Below, one piece after another: positions 39,666 through 58,160 of a stretch of 64,000 bases of DNA (within the stretch, counting starts at the first letter, position 1; each line of letters starts with the position of its first letter). The stretch is from Paramecium tetraurelia (lineage: Eukaryota). Location: positions 62,001 to 126,000 of the forward strand of contig CT868585.1 in assembly GCA_000165425.1 (NCBI GenBank), in the 5' to 3' direction. The notes beneath the pieces are model-generated. The model had not been told where the DNA came from and searched no databases. It was given only the letters and a program-made list of their open reading frames with translations. The translations under genes and the position numbers were made by a program.

Positions 39666-41420
39666 ATGAATAAAATTAAGCTTTCCTTCAGAAGTCAATA
39701 AAAGCAAACCCAATTTTTTACAGATCAACTTCCAATGCTAACTTTTTTTTATGAAAGAGTCTGCATTTTTGGATCAATCAGTGCAGTAATTATTTTTTCT
39801 TTAGAATTCACTTACCCTATTGGATTTGGCAATAGCAGATATCTTATAATTTGTTTGCCATTGGTCTTTTTCATATCCTTTAAACTAATCAAAAGGTACC
39901 CAAAATTATTTAACTACATTTTACCTCTCAATAATCTTCTAATTGGTTTACTCTACAATATCAACCTTCTATTTAATTTCATTCCCGACTTAAATTTAAT
40001 GATCGGATAGACAGTTGTTTTAGTTTAATTCAGCCTGCTTTTGGGTTCGAACTTTGTTCTAAATATGGCAATTATAATATTTAACTTTTCCACTTTAATT
40101 TTAGTGTAAACAGTAGTATAGAAATCATTTAATGGAAATCAAATAATGTTCATATTAGGTACTCAAGACTAACATAAATTAGCCCTTATTTTGTCCTGCT
40201 TGTCATATTACTCAAATGAATATTAGAAACGAGAGTTTTTCTTACTGAAATAGCGAGATGATGTGCAATATGGCAGCCTGATTGAACAATTTAGTATATA
40301 ACTAATGAAGATTAAGTATGATAGAAGAACAAATTTCCTCAAATTAGAATCCTAAAATCACCCATAACTAGGATTCGACTTCTCTACCTAAGAGGAATTT
40401 AGATAATTTATCAGATAGATTCAAATTTTCAAATAACAAAGGAATACTATGATCTAATCAAAAATGTCCTCTTCAAGAATAAAGAATGACTTTATATAGT
40501 AGAATTCTCAAATTCGATTTCCTCGCCTATCTGTTCCTAATTTAGAGAATACAGAAACTCTGGAATAATTACTACATAAATCATTTACCTCTTAAAAAAA
40601 TGAGAATTTTGATTTCTTATAAGGGTATGACACAATCGGGAAGTGCGATTATAAAATAAAAATCTTATATATAATTGAAAAAGGTGAAGCGAAAGCAATA
40701 GTATTACTTTAGTAGAATGAGGTGAAAAGACAATTAATTAAAGTTAAATAATAACGAGACTATCTTAAAAAGGTGATATGGTAATTTCAATCAATTTTTG
40801 AAATTCGAATAAAATAGTTGAGTTCACTTATAAATCCTAAGAAATGCCTATCATATAATAGTTTATCTTCAGAAATATCGTTTCGCCTAGTTTAATTCAT
40901 ATCTGAGTACTTTTCAATTTGTATAAGTAAAAACGACATTCCCAAACTGAAAATTTCAACTATTTATCTATAAAATCTACTCCAATAAATAGAAACCCGT
41001 ATAAAGGATTATTTAGATTCAAGATTAATAAAATTTACATATCAAACTGATCATAATTTAATTATAGTTAACGATGCTTATTTAATAACGCATTTAATAC
41101 TAAGTCTACTGTGTTTTTTGGTTCAAAAATCTCCAGTATAAATCAGTTTATACATAAACTAGAATTAAGAATCAAAGAATCTAGTGGCAAATGTGGATGA
41201 GATCATAATCAAAATAAACGCTTAATTTACTGGAACTCCTAAGAAAGTATTTGAAATAGATTGCTTTAATTAAATGATAAAAAAAGTTATCAAAATTATT
41301 GGTCCCAGTGAATAATTGATTAATGAATACGATAACAATTAGTTTGGATAAGTAATCAAATTTGAATGTGTTATCTTTAAGAATATAAACTCTTTTAAAG
41401 ACATTTTTTCAAAACTCTGA
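39666..41420 (+). CDS. Multi-pass membrane protein with a degenerate histidine-kinase-like C-terminus
   Basis: Five or six hydrophobic segments in the first ~190 aa and one intron (~40159-40182). C-terminal IVNDAYLITHLILSLL and MIKKVIKIIGPSEQ...IKFECVIFKN follow the HATPase_c layout without its boxes; the family call is inference. Confidence 0.65.
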
Positions 41421-41573
41421 TTTTATATTTATCCTTAATTGCATATCACTATTAATTTTATTTTATGACCTTACTTAAAGAATCTAATAATATCCTTAAT
41501 CAAAATTAGCTAAAATATGGTCCTATTTTATATATTTTATGAATAATTAAATATAATAATTACAGTTGTATAC

Positions 41574-43254
41574 ATGACACAGTTGCCCAAACTCATCCAA
41601 GAAACCTCATTATTTGAATGTAGAGGTAACCCATAAATAATTATGAAGAGTTAAAGTAACAATAACCAGATAATACTATCTATGATAAAACCATGAAAAG
41701 TATAAAAATACATTCATCTAGAGGTTTCGTTTTGAAAGTCGGTCCTACCAATCCGTATACATATGTCAATTCTTAAGAATTAAATATCAAGGGTTCCAAC
41801 TTATATGTACAAATATATGTGATTGAAAAATTAAAATTTATCCTTGAACTTTCTTTTAAAGATGAAGTATCGATTTCTATAATTAACGGAGTCTTATAAA
41901 ATAATTGTAGGCCCTAATTTTCAATAAACATACTCAAAAAACAAAAATGAAGTTAAAATATCAAGTGTATTCATCTTAACAAAGAAATGGATCAGTTTAG
42001 GATTTGACGTTGATAGTTTTTTCAAGGTTGGAGAAATGTAAGTAAAGATGCTAAGCATTCAATCCTTAGGTAGATTGAAAAGAATTTATGAATCTAATAT
42101 TTTTAGCAAAATAAAGTAATAATAATGTATAACAAAGTGATGGTTAATGTCTGATTCAGAAAATATGTGAAAAAAGAATTTTGGAATTATTACCAATGAG
42201 TATTAGAGCATAATCTGAAAAATTAGAAATTAGAAAATAATAACTTACTAATCAACAACGACGATTATCCACTATATCAAATTCTTAAGAAAGAAATATT
42301 GAAAGTTAATCAGATAAAAAATCCTTCTAGTCAAAATAAATTAATATTAACATCTAATAGCAAATTAAATTAAACAATCCAAACGCATTAAAGTTCAAGT
42401 CCTCTTCATATACTTAAAACTAAAGAAAAACCTTTTAACTATAATAAACCAAGAATTTATCAATAAATAAAATTCAATTTTCAGCAAAACCTATTTCATA
42501 AGAATATTATGCTACAACTACAAATCCAAATTAAGATTAATAATAATCTATCTCATAATAATAATAATAATCATCTCTATCCAATTATAACAGATCAAAA
42601 CAATTACCCTCAACAGATGCAACTCTTATTAAATAACTATCTTAAGAGTGTTTATTAGAGAAGAAAATCTAATAAACAACAGGATTGAAAATTATTGAAG
42701 AAGTCAATTCCACCAAACCTCCTATACCTTCAATATGCAGTTCGACCAAGCAAAGTACCCAACTCTAGTTATAGAAAAAACCTGTATAAAGTTTTCTTAG
42801 ACATAATTAAGAGTTTTAAAATGGAAGTAATTGTATCAATGATCCTTATGATGAAGCAAAAATAGAGAATGATTAAAAACATAAATAATCTCAAATCAGC
42901 TCTGGTGTTTAGGACTTGTATTATGAGTGTGAAAATTCTGAATATCAAACCAAATATGGCAAGTTTTCTAACACTTTTACTCGTCCTTTGGGGTTATCCT
43001 CCTACAATCATAGGTTAGTTTCACAATAGTCTACTAATTAGAATTAAGGAAGTACTAACGAATATTTTTATTTGAGCAGCTAATAAATTGAATAAAATTA
43101 AAGTATAAATTAAACAGCAAATGAAATTGAAGAGTAAATAGAGGCTCCAGAATTAAAAAGCAAAATGACAGAGGAAAGTTTCAATTCTATAAATGGCTTA
43201 TAAATTAAATAAGAAGATAGTTAAGAAGAACTTGCAGTTTCAAAATTCGAATGA
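41574..43254 (+). CDS. CFAP20/DUF667-domain protein with a long low-complexity tail (CFAP20DC-like)
   Basis: YDKTMK..FVLKVG, LYVQIYVIEKLKFILELSFKD, KWISLGFDVDSFF and SLGRLKRIY resemble the CFAP20 domain; several tiny introns; ends VSKFE-TGA. Confidence 0.6.
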
Positions 43255-43680
43255 ATAAATTTTGTTATTATTAGAGATTATTTATTTATTTACTTTAATT
43301 CTCAGAATTTTATCGGTTTTAATTAACTACAATAACCACAGGATCAGGATTTAAAATCCCTAAAATAATAAAAGAAATAAACGATTATTTTTCAATCTTC
43401 TACTTAATTAGATAATAAGATTGTTGCAAAATAATTACTGTTCTAATATTAGTTGCCTTTTTTGATAAAACCAACTTTTTTGTTTTAGAAAAGTTTGGAT
43501 AAACTGTTTAAAAATTAAGATACAATATCAAATCATTTGTCCAAAACTTAAAACGACTAACTATAATAAATTTACTTACCATTATTAATTAGAATTTCTT
43601 GTTTAAACTAAGTTTAAATTTTTCCTATTATAATATTAGTATTCATAATCAAGCAAATAATATATTAAATATTTAATTTT

Positions 43681-46600
43681 ATGAATAATAGAAATAATCG
43701 TAATAAGAGATAGCCTTATCGAAAACCTTATCAACCATATCAAAAGCGAACCTATTTTCAAAGTAAAGAACGAGCGCCTTTAAAATAGGATAAATCAATT
43801 TTAAATGATCCAATATTATTTGACAATCCCCCAACCAAATAGATAATTCGTATTATAAATACGAAATAATCCGATAATGAACATAAGAATGAGGACTTTA
43901 AGCAAAATACTGAAAGAGCCAAAATAAACAATACAAAGAAATAATTAAAAATTTAACACATTAAAAAAAAATAAGACGACAGGAGTCCTGAAGGTGAAAG
44001 CTTTTAAAATGACTATTCTGAAAAAAGCGATTATTCAGACAAGAGATATAATTAAGATGTGAATTTGAGCAATAATCAAAATAAAAAATAGAAGTATCAG
44101 AATGAGGAAAACAATGAAAATAATAAAAATGTGAATAAAAAAAGGAAAAATGGATAAATTTTAAATGAGGAAGAAAAGAATGGAGAAAATGGATATGATG
44201 TTAATAAATAATATAAAGAAATTCCATATGTTAATGTTAAAAGTAATTATGTAAAAGGTAAAGATGAAGATGAGGAAGAAGGTGAAATAGAAGAAGAAGA
44301 AGAATTGTAAGAGAAGAATTCATATGAAAATAGAAAAAATGGTGAAAATAGGTCTGAGGAATATTCAGATGAGTATGATGAGTCTGAAGAAAGTTAAGAA
44401 ATGGATGATGATGAAAATGATGAAGATGATGTAGCTGATGAAGATGATGAAGATGATGGAGATGATGAAGATGAGGAAGACGAGGAAGACGATCGAGATG
44501 ATTTTAGTGATTAAGATGACTATGATGATGAAATCGAAGATAGAGTATAACCGCCAGTAATCCAACCAAAATTGGCTGATAGCGCAAAAAGGATGTTGTA
44601 TTTTTAAATGAGAAGAATAACCCGATCTTAACCTCAAGAGTTTGCTCAAAACGCATTAAATGTAGATAACAGTAAAAGAATAACAGAATAATTTAACAAT
44701 TAATAATAAAATTAAACTAATGATTTAAGGTTAATATAAAAAAAAGATTAGGTCAATGCAAAGCTTATTGCAAAAGCGAAAGAATTATCATTGAAAAACA
44801 GTTATTAATAATAATAATAACAATAACAACAATAATAATAACAATAATAATAATAATAATAATATTAGTAGTAATAGCTATATTAATATTAATAAAAATA
44901 ATATGATCAAGAACCAGAAAATTAATTTGATGCAAATAGTTGGAAAATACCTACATTCACTTAAAATCTATAACCTATATCATTCAACTCTGAAGCAAAA
45001 ACATTGTAATATTCGTGCGAAACGAAATGGAATCAATATTAATTCATAGATGAAATGTGCACTCAGTAAAATATCTAAGATGCTCTCAAACTTAAAATGT
45101 TTGATAGCACATTTGAAGTAGATTAGAATTATGAGTTAAATACTTCCTTAATTGTTAAATAATATATAAGACCCAATTAAGGAAAGCAAGAAACAGTTTT
45201 TAGATCAGACGTTGGAATGATGTAATCAATCAGAAGATTGCATATGATATTTTGTGACAGATAGAAAAGAAAGAAGGATGGCAAATTAGTGAGTATCGTG
45301 GAAATCTTTTAATACATTTCTGATAGATTTAGGGCTTTGAGCACAGAGTTAAAACAAATAGAATCAAAAAATAGTAATATTTATATATTTAGGATCCAGT
45401 ATCTCGAATAGCTAAGTAAAATAATTTAGTTGTTAAATAGTCCGAATATATCTGCTGTCATATTTAGAGATGATGTAGGCAGATTAAAATTGGCCAGTGT
45501 TGTAGGACAATAAAAATAACTGTCATAAGTATCTGCTTGATGCACTTGATGATTTAGCGATCGATTATAAAAAGCTATTTAATGAGATGTATTTAATCAA
45601 TTGATAAATTATTATAGCAACGAAAGTAGATTTTACCTGTTGGACAATCTACCAGAGTTTATTTCGTATTACCATATTATGTTGAGTTAAAAGATTCTCT
45701 CAACTAATTCGATTACAAAGTTGGCAAATTTGGATAATGTTATCTTTTCAGAATTTAGTTACTTTGATAAATTAATTAAAACGTCTGAATATCAATTTAG
45801 CTAGTTGGTGAAGGAATACTTAATATAGAAAAATTATAGTGCTTTGCTAGATCTTGGATAAAATAGTAACATTACTTTATTTTAACAATTTTTTATATAT
45901 TTATTTTAAGATTAAATAGAACAATACATCGAGAAATTTAATCAACAGATATTTCAGCACGAAAAGCTTAAACTAAATTTTATTAATATTGGGTCAATAT
46001 ATCAGAAATGGCTATAAATAGATGACAAAATTTCCTTCATTAATAAAAGGGGAGATTTTTCAAAAATGATCTTTCAATAAGGGCAAATTGAAAACATTAA
46101 CTACTTTTTCCGTAATGAAAAATCCAATCAACAAGAAATTTAATAAGAAATCATCAAACAACAATCCTAAAAACAAGTAGATTAAGAAACTAAAAAGATG
46201 AAATCATCTATTTAAGAGATATTGCTTCAACTCTGTTAAAAGTAGGTTTTAAACAAATTTACAAAATTTTTAGCTCCTCATTTAGATAAGGTTGATGAAT
46301 AATTGGGTAACTTTTATAAGATGCAAAGGATTTTGAAACATTGGAGATTATACTCATTAACTGAAAAGAGATACAAAAACTTTGTGAAATTGTGTTAATA
46401 AAAAAATGAGAAAAATGTTAAAAAATAAATTAAAATCATCGATTAACCTAATTTTAGAATCGATTTATCGAGGAAACTAATCCAACAAAATCCTGCTTAA
46501 AAAAATCAATACTATAAGATTGTCATTTTAAACAATGACGAATAATAACAACAATTGGTTTCAAAGTTAATCTTTAGTTTATGTGATTAATAGCTATCTG

Positions 46601-47609
46601 GATAAGACGATTCCATAATCATTGAATAGAAAATAGCTTACTCAAAAAGTGAATATACATTGTACATGAGCGTTTAGATTATGTCATAACTAGAGAAAGA
46701 ACGAATATGCGGAACTGACATCTATATCGCTATTGGAGATGTTCTAAAAGTAAATGTCGGCAAACCCTGTTTATAAATAGTGTTTGATTAAGACCTAATA
46801 GAAAATTCAGAGACTTTGAAATTGGACTATGAGTATATTGCATTGTTCGATAAACTTGATGAAAGCTATGAATTTAATAAAAAATTAAATGAAATAGTCA
46901 ATATGGGGTTAAAATCTAGGAAAGCAATAGAAGATTTGAAATTAATTTCTTTGGGAGATTATCTGAAAGAAATAAAAAGAACAGAATGTCAAGACTATTA
47001 GAAGGATTAAATTGAATATTTTATTACTAGATGTGTTTAGGCAGAATTGTGCCTGGAAGATGCATTAAATAATAATATCTATTCAGATGATTTACCTTAA
47101 GAACTTCTCTTTGATAGATATGTAGATCAGGAACTTGTTTTAAAATACGTTGCTAAAGTACTACTTGGTTGTCATAATTTTAGTTCAATCCAGCAAATAG
47201 ATTAATGATACCTCTCTGCAATTTACTATAGAAGAATACAATAAATGAAAGAGTAGTACTAAACCAGATAAAAGATTATCTAGACGAATACTTGGATGAA
47301 GAGGAATTATTAGTTTTACTAAAAAATCACTTCAAATTTGGAATAAATTGCCAAGGAGACTGGAAGTTGTTATTTGAGTTCATTATGGAGTAGTTGGTGT
47401 AGTACCTTGAGGATTCTGACATATATTTTGTATTGAAAGGAACTTACAACACAATTTTGGATCAAAATAAATTGAAAGTCAGAGTTCAAAAGGATCTTCG
47501 TCAATTACTTAATAAGAATTAAGTGTAACAACAGAAAAGTCAAATAATGTCGAAAATATTTAAATCTGAATGGCTTGAATTAATTGAAAATAAAAAAGTT
47601 TGCAAATGA
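43681..47609 (+). CDS. SAC3/GANP-domain protein (TREX-2 scaffold-like) with acidic and poly-Gln N-terminal tracts
   Basis: DEMC...FE...IVKQYIRP...YISDRFRALSTEL matches the SAC3/GANP pattern (MC..FE..VK.Y.R..DR.RA). D/E tract ~44260-44540; tiny introns; TGA 47607-47609. Confidence 0.7.
44806..44862 (+). repeat. (TAA/CAA)19 coding microsatellite encoding poly-Gln
   Basis: Nineteen consecutive in-frame TAA/CAA codons inside the SAC3-like ORF. Confidence 0.9.
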
Positions 47610-47634
47610 TTTTTATCAATTTCTATTAAATATA

Positions 47635-48772
<1,138 letters not shown>

Positions 48773-48786
48773 AAATATATTATTAT

Positions 48787-52302
<3,516 letters not shown>

Positions 52303-52340
52303 CAATATAATTAATATATCGTTAAATTTGAAATTCTCAT

Positions 52341-54200
52341 ATGATCTCTGAATCCATAGTGTATGTTTGGGGAGGTATAAACTCGACTAAACATTCTAGC
52401 TGACAATGAAGGTCAATTGGGATTGGGCAAGAACCGAGGGTCCTCCCAATACTATCACATTCCTAAGATTTGCCATTACAAAATTGGGTTTATCTAAGTT
52501 TCTTGTGGCAAGGATCACACGGCCCTTCTGACTTAGAATGGCCATGTGTATACAATGGGTTGCAATGAACATAACAAATTGGGCCATGCCAATAAACAGT
52601 CTCTTTATGCTCCCCAAAGAATAGAGCAACTAAACAAGTACAAACTCTGATATTGAATAGAGAGTTATACAAGTTTCTTGTGGTTCCACTCACACTGCAT
52701 GTGTCACGTCTGACGGATCCCTCTTCACTTGGGGGGACAATTCTTGTGGCCAATTAGGAGTCAAGTAGAATGGGAATTTGAACAGAGTGAGTACTCTAAC
52801 AAATTGCATTCAGGTATCATGTGGCAATAAACACACATTGGTGTTGACAGGTATTTAAGGATATAAATCATATCAAAGATGCTTAGGAGTGTTTTGGATT
52901 TGGATTGAATGATGATTCTCAATTGGGAATTTCCAGATTGAAAACTGTATTTGAACCAACCAAAATTAAATTGCCTTCCTTATAACAAGTCAGTGCAGGC
53001 AATCTATTTTCTGTGTTCCTGACTCAAGATGGAATTGTATACATTTGTGGATTGGGTTTTGGAAACTTATAAAAATTAAACTATAAATGTAAGAAGATCT
53101 ACTGATTAATAGAAAAATTTATTAAAATTGATGGCAAAAGCACTCCAATCGGTTTGACGTAATCAAATGAGTTGATCTTTTTTGAATTAGATGAATAACT
53201 TATGAATATCAAAGATTTCTGCATGGGAGAGTTAGTTGGAATGTGCATAGGAGACAAGGCTTATTCGTGGTAATTTGATCCCGAATAAAAGAGAATTACT
53301 CAGCTAAAATCAATCGATCAATTGTATTCGAAATAGATAATACATTTTTCTGCTGGCAATAGTCATCTTATATGCATAGAATAGAAGGGGTCTTCGTCCT
53401 TCATAGAGAGTATTTGTAGTTCAACTACAACTCTGAGGGGGAAGCACGAGGAGAGGAGCAAAAGCAATTACATTGAAAAACAAGATGGTATTTAGAGTTT
53501 GAAAATTTAACAACTCGAAAAATAACTGGAGGAAAAGGATAGATTGATCTAGCAAATGAAAGCAGATTACCAAATAAAATTATAGCAGATGCAACAAAAG
53601 TAAAAGGAAATGGAAGGATAATTGCAAAACAAGGATAAAGAAATAGCCAAATTGTAATTACATTATTCTATTGTTAGAACGATAGAGTTGCATCGTCTGT
53701 AGGAAGATCAACAGAATAAGAATTCGGATTCGGAAATACTGCAATGTCATGTGCAAGAGGAAGCAAGCGAAGATGAAGGCGATGTCAAAGTCTTAAAGAA
53801 ACAAACATCATTACCTTATTAGTAGGCTACTCTGGCCTATCATCACACCTCTCATTCTTAGTTACAAAACTATTCTTGTCAATAGTAAGTGAAGAGTCCT
53901 GTCAAGACCATGATCCAAGAAAATTAATTTGAGGATAGTCTGTAGAAAAACAAATTCTGCAAAACCGACCATGATAGGGAGGGGAAGTATCAATCTTTGG
54001 AAAAGCAACGGAAGAAGGAGGTGTTGAATGAGAGACCTCAGAGTTCAATACGGGAGAAGAGCAATAATAATAATGAGAAGACGAATCTTTCTACGATAAA
54101 ATCAAGATTAACAGATTTGTAGAAAAATAAGGAGCAACTTGAATAGAGAATGAGACAATTTGAGGATCGTCTCAGGGAAAATAAGTTATATACAAAGTGA
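52341..54200 (+). CDS. RCC1-repeat protein with C-terminal coiled coil
   Basis: [81 protein letters not shown]; tiny introns. Confidence 0.9.
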
Positions 54201-54225
54201 TTAGATATATAATAATTAGTATAAT

Positions 54226-54546
54226 TCAATCTGATTACTTTCTTTCAATTTTTTTCTATATGAAACTAAGGAATGTGAAGGAAATGTTCTCACTGTAGGT
54301 TCTTTGTCTTCTTTGAGATTGTTCAAAGGGCAGAACTTAGATTTGTTCCAATTTATCAGTCACTTCTGGGTAGAAGGACTCGAAATTGTCAGTAGTGGTA
54401 GCATCACTCAGGAGATCCAAGGGATCAATGAGAAGATCTGGATTTAATTTTGGCTTTAGAGTAGGCTTCTTTGGTTCTTTTTCAAAATAAGTCACATACT
54501 CTTCCCACGTCATAGATGAATTCAATCTTTTTTTTAATTCTGTCAT
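54226..54546 (-). CDS. Small hypothetical protein (106 aa)
   Basis: Code-6 ORF MTELKKRLNSSMTWEEYVTYFEKEPKK...KIERKQSD-TGA. Confidence 0.7.
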
Positions 54547-54738
54547 TTTATTTATATTATTCAAAATCCATTTGATTAATTATGCATTTGAATGATACTC
54601 TTAATTTAATTTATTTATTTTATAGTTATGTATAAATATTGTTTAAGTTTGAGAAATTCAAATAATAAAACAATTTAATTTTAATGAAGAAATAGAAGTT
54701 TTTATATGTGATAAATTAATATTGGGAATGCTAAATCA

Positions 54739-55112
54739 TCATCTTCTTGGTAAACGAGTGACTTTATTCTTCTTCTTCCTTTTAAAATTTGGATCATTTT
54801 TCTCCATTCCTGCTTTCACTTTCTTTGATTTAGAAATGGATTCATCCACCAAGAGATTGTCGATTTACAAATTTTCAGACAAATGGAAGTATCTGATATT
54901 GTTTCCTATGTAATGATACTCAGCAAACCTCTTATTGTCAATTAATCCAATCCCACAGGATTCTTTCCTTTCAATGTTAATTTCACTTTGCTTAAATGTG
55001 TATTCATTCTAACATCCACTCCTGTGATTGTTCCTAAGACAACGGTCCCATTTTTTAATTCAACAATGACCTGCTCATTCTTGAGCTTCATCAGAAACCT
55101 GACTAATTTCAT
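54739..55112 (-). CDS. SNRPD1: Small nuclear ribonucleoprotein Sm D1
   Basis: [40 protein letters not shown]...LTIRGNNIRYF; one tiny intron. Confidence 0.96.
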
Positions 55113-55156
55113 TTCTTATTTAATAATAATAAAAATGATTATTTCAATAATTCATC

Positions 55157-58100
55157 TCAACTAACTTTTAATTTTTATTATTTCTCACTCTTCTAATATA
55201 TACAACTGATTGTTTACAATCATCGGCCTTATAATCAGTATTACTATCGTTCTCCAAATTACACTGCCGATTCCAATAACAATACAAATAAACCTTTGAT
55301 ATGAACATTCAATTGTACCACTAATTCAAGCTCAACCCATCAAAGGTTTACATTACTATTCCTCCATACTCCACTATTAAGAATTGTAGTAATCCTATTA
55401 TCAGAATTGAAGAATAAATCATCCACGATCCAAAGAATCCACTAAATACATTGAATTCCAAGTACACCATACGAGAATTAATCAAATTAAACAAAGTAAT
55501 CATCACAAACAAATTGAATACCATCGAGGACTAAATAAATAAGTCGAGTAATTACTTAATGGACGAAAATTATGCAAACAGTTATGATGTAAATTGCAAG
55601 AATTACAATGCGAATGTAAACAATGGTATCCAAGAGAAATCCATTTTTACTAGGAGGTTTTTAATGGTACAAATAAGAACTTGGTTTGCAATAAGACAAA
55701 GCAAATGTAGCAAATAAATCAGTGATTAAATTTATCCAAATAAATTAAAGTGGTGATATTACAGTATCTCCAATTGCTGATGAAGCGATTAGAATAATAA
55801 TCAACGAAAAGTGTGAAGTTATTTAATACTGAGCCAGTCTTTTGACTGAATCAAAGAGATTCCTGGCCAAAATGATTCCCTTATAAATAGAATGAATATT
55901 ATCGTCCAACAATAGAATACCGGAACTCTCTCTAGCCATCTCAGTCCCTGATATTCCCATACTATAACCAATATCACTCTTAGATATTGCAGGACCTAAT
56001 TATATATAATGTAGTTATTTTACAATCATTAGTGCCATCACCACATACTCCTACCACATGACCTAATTCCTATAATTCCTTGACAAGATTATACTTATCA
56101 TCAGGTCTAGCCCTGCTCATGACATAAATATCTTCAATGTCTTTCTTAAAATCTTCTGTTTTATTTTGTAATTTATTGGCAAACTCAACTCCCTCTGTTA
56201 TGATTGAGTCCAAAGCCATAATTCCAGCCTTAAATGGCAACACTTTTTGCAGTTGTTGAATTATCCCCTGTTACCATTACAACCTTGATTCCAGCCTACT
56301 TCAATCCTTCAACTGTCATTTTTGTTTCTATTCTCAAAGGATCTAAAAATAGCAGAGAACCCTAATAAAGTTAAATTTTATCTGTCAAATTCAAATTTAT
56401 TGCCTTCTATCAACTGATCTACATTTTAATTTTTCAAGTCCACATCTGCATAAGCAATAGCAAGTGTTCTACCTTCTTGACTCAATTAAATCAAATTCTA
56501 TTCCAAACAATCCTTCATAAAATCATCAATCGCAACGATCCCATCTTTCAAACTATAAAACTTAATTGACTATTGAAGTATTATTTCAGATGCTCCCCTT
56601 ACAACCACCCTATTATTGTTAATAATTGTAGTCTAACCAATTATATAAATTTTCTTACCAATTTCTTTCTAGTACTATTAAAAGGTATTTGATGAGTCAC
56701 TTATTTCTTTCTCTCCTCTAAATTGAGTCTCATATCTTAAGCTACCTATAACAAGGCTTTTTCAATAGGAGATCCTGAATTTGTTTCCGGATTGTATGTA
56801 TTATTAATAAAACAGGCATCAATAAATGCCTTTTGGAATTCTTAAGGGAAGTGATTAAATTTTGATTAAGTCAATTCATCAGTTGTATCATTCATGAATC
56901 TTTCCAATTACATTCGATTTTGGGTGAGAGTTCCTGTTTTGTCAAAAAGCAACTAAAAAATTATAACAAAAACTACTTAGTCCATAAACGGCAGATTTTC
57001 CAATTAATTGAGTTTTTTAACCAAATTTTATTAGTATAGCATCAAATTCACAGTTTAAGCTAATTACAATTAGAAATGAGTGATCAATGCCTTGGAAGCA
57101 TTTCCAGATATTAACACAATGATTAGATTAAGGATATTTGAAAATGTACTATATCCATTAACATCGGAATTATGATACTCTATCATGTATCTAGCCAGAA
57201 GCATAAAGATAACAACTATAGCTCCAACGAATCCAATAGTTTCCATTTTAGATGAAATAGCTTCAATTGCTGACAAGATGGGTGTCTTATTGTCCTCCTA
57301 CTTAACACACACCATTATTCTGCTGGCTTATTTTTCTAATCCAACAGCCAAGACCAATAGCTTTCCACTTCCCTTGATTACTTTGGACTATGCAAAGGCC
57401 AAGTGTTTCTATGGGGAAATTGGCTATTTCTTTTGGGTTGCTTCCTCTAACGTAATTTTACAAATCAAATCCTGTTCCCCTGTTAAGAAACTCTCCTAAA
57501 GATGAGGTAATTACAAACAAGTACATCAATTTCTAAATTATTTTATTCAACAATCAATCCATCTACATAGAGTTAATCATGCTCTTACAAAATGACTACA
57601 TCACCAACCACAAGATCTCTTGCTATTAGAGTTTACTCTTGACCATTTCTCAACACTTTTACAGATTTAGATTATTCATCTGAAAGTAAAAGTTTTTTTT
57701 TATTGTTATCAGCAATTTTCAACTTTGTTTATTTAATTGAAATTTTACATGAATAGCTGATATTATGAGATTCAAAGAAATTAATCCAAATATAACTAAA
57801 CTTTCTATCCATTCAATTCTATAAATTCCTTATGTGGACAAATATTTTAAACTGAATGCAATTAATGACAAGGTTAAGAAGAATATTGATTTAGGTTTCT
57901 TAGTTAAATTGATTGCTTACAAGTAAAATAATACAGAATGCATTCAAGAAACCTATTGAATCCAAATTCTCAATCTCATTGACCCCAAATACCTGTTGCC
58001 TCAATGCTATGTCATTCTCACTCAATCCTTAAGTAATTTTGCATTTTAAAGAATCTTCAAAGCGCTTTGTCGAATTGAACTCTACCATGCTGTCTTGAGG

Positions 58101-58160
58101 ATTTTAAGTTAATCCAGAAGACAATATCTCCTGAATTTTTTGTTTAGATACTTTAAACAT
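55157..58160 (-). CDS. Divergent P2B (PMCA-like) P-type ATPase
   Basis: DLVVGD, ESFLTGEQ, DKTGTLT, IPFNSTRK, RGASE, VMVTGDN, SRARPDDKY, GDGTND, MGISGTEMARESS, WINLITD; many tiny introns. The stop is 55157 if the last GT..AG is spliced, otherwise ~55185. Confidence 0.88.

Noticed and set aside
43260..43680. Longer intergenic gaps (also 35330-35620, 39300-39660, 58170-58460) as possible tRNA or ncRNA loci
   Set aside because: No cloverleaf, box motifs or convincing stems were seen by eye; tRNAscan-SE or Infernal would be decisive.
44806..44862. Run of TAA as a stop-codon or terminator array
   Set aside because: TAA is interspersed with CAA in frame; it is poly-Gln under code 6.
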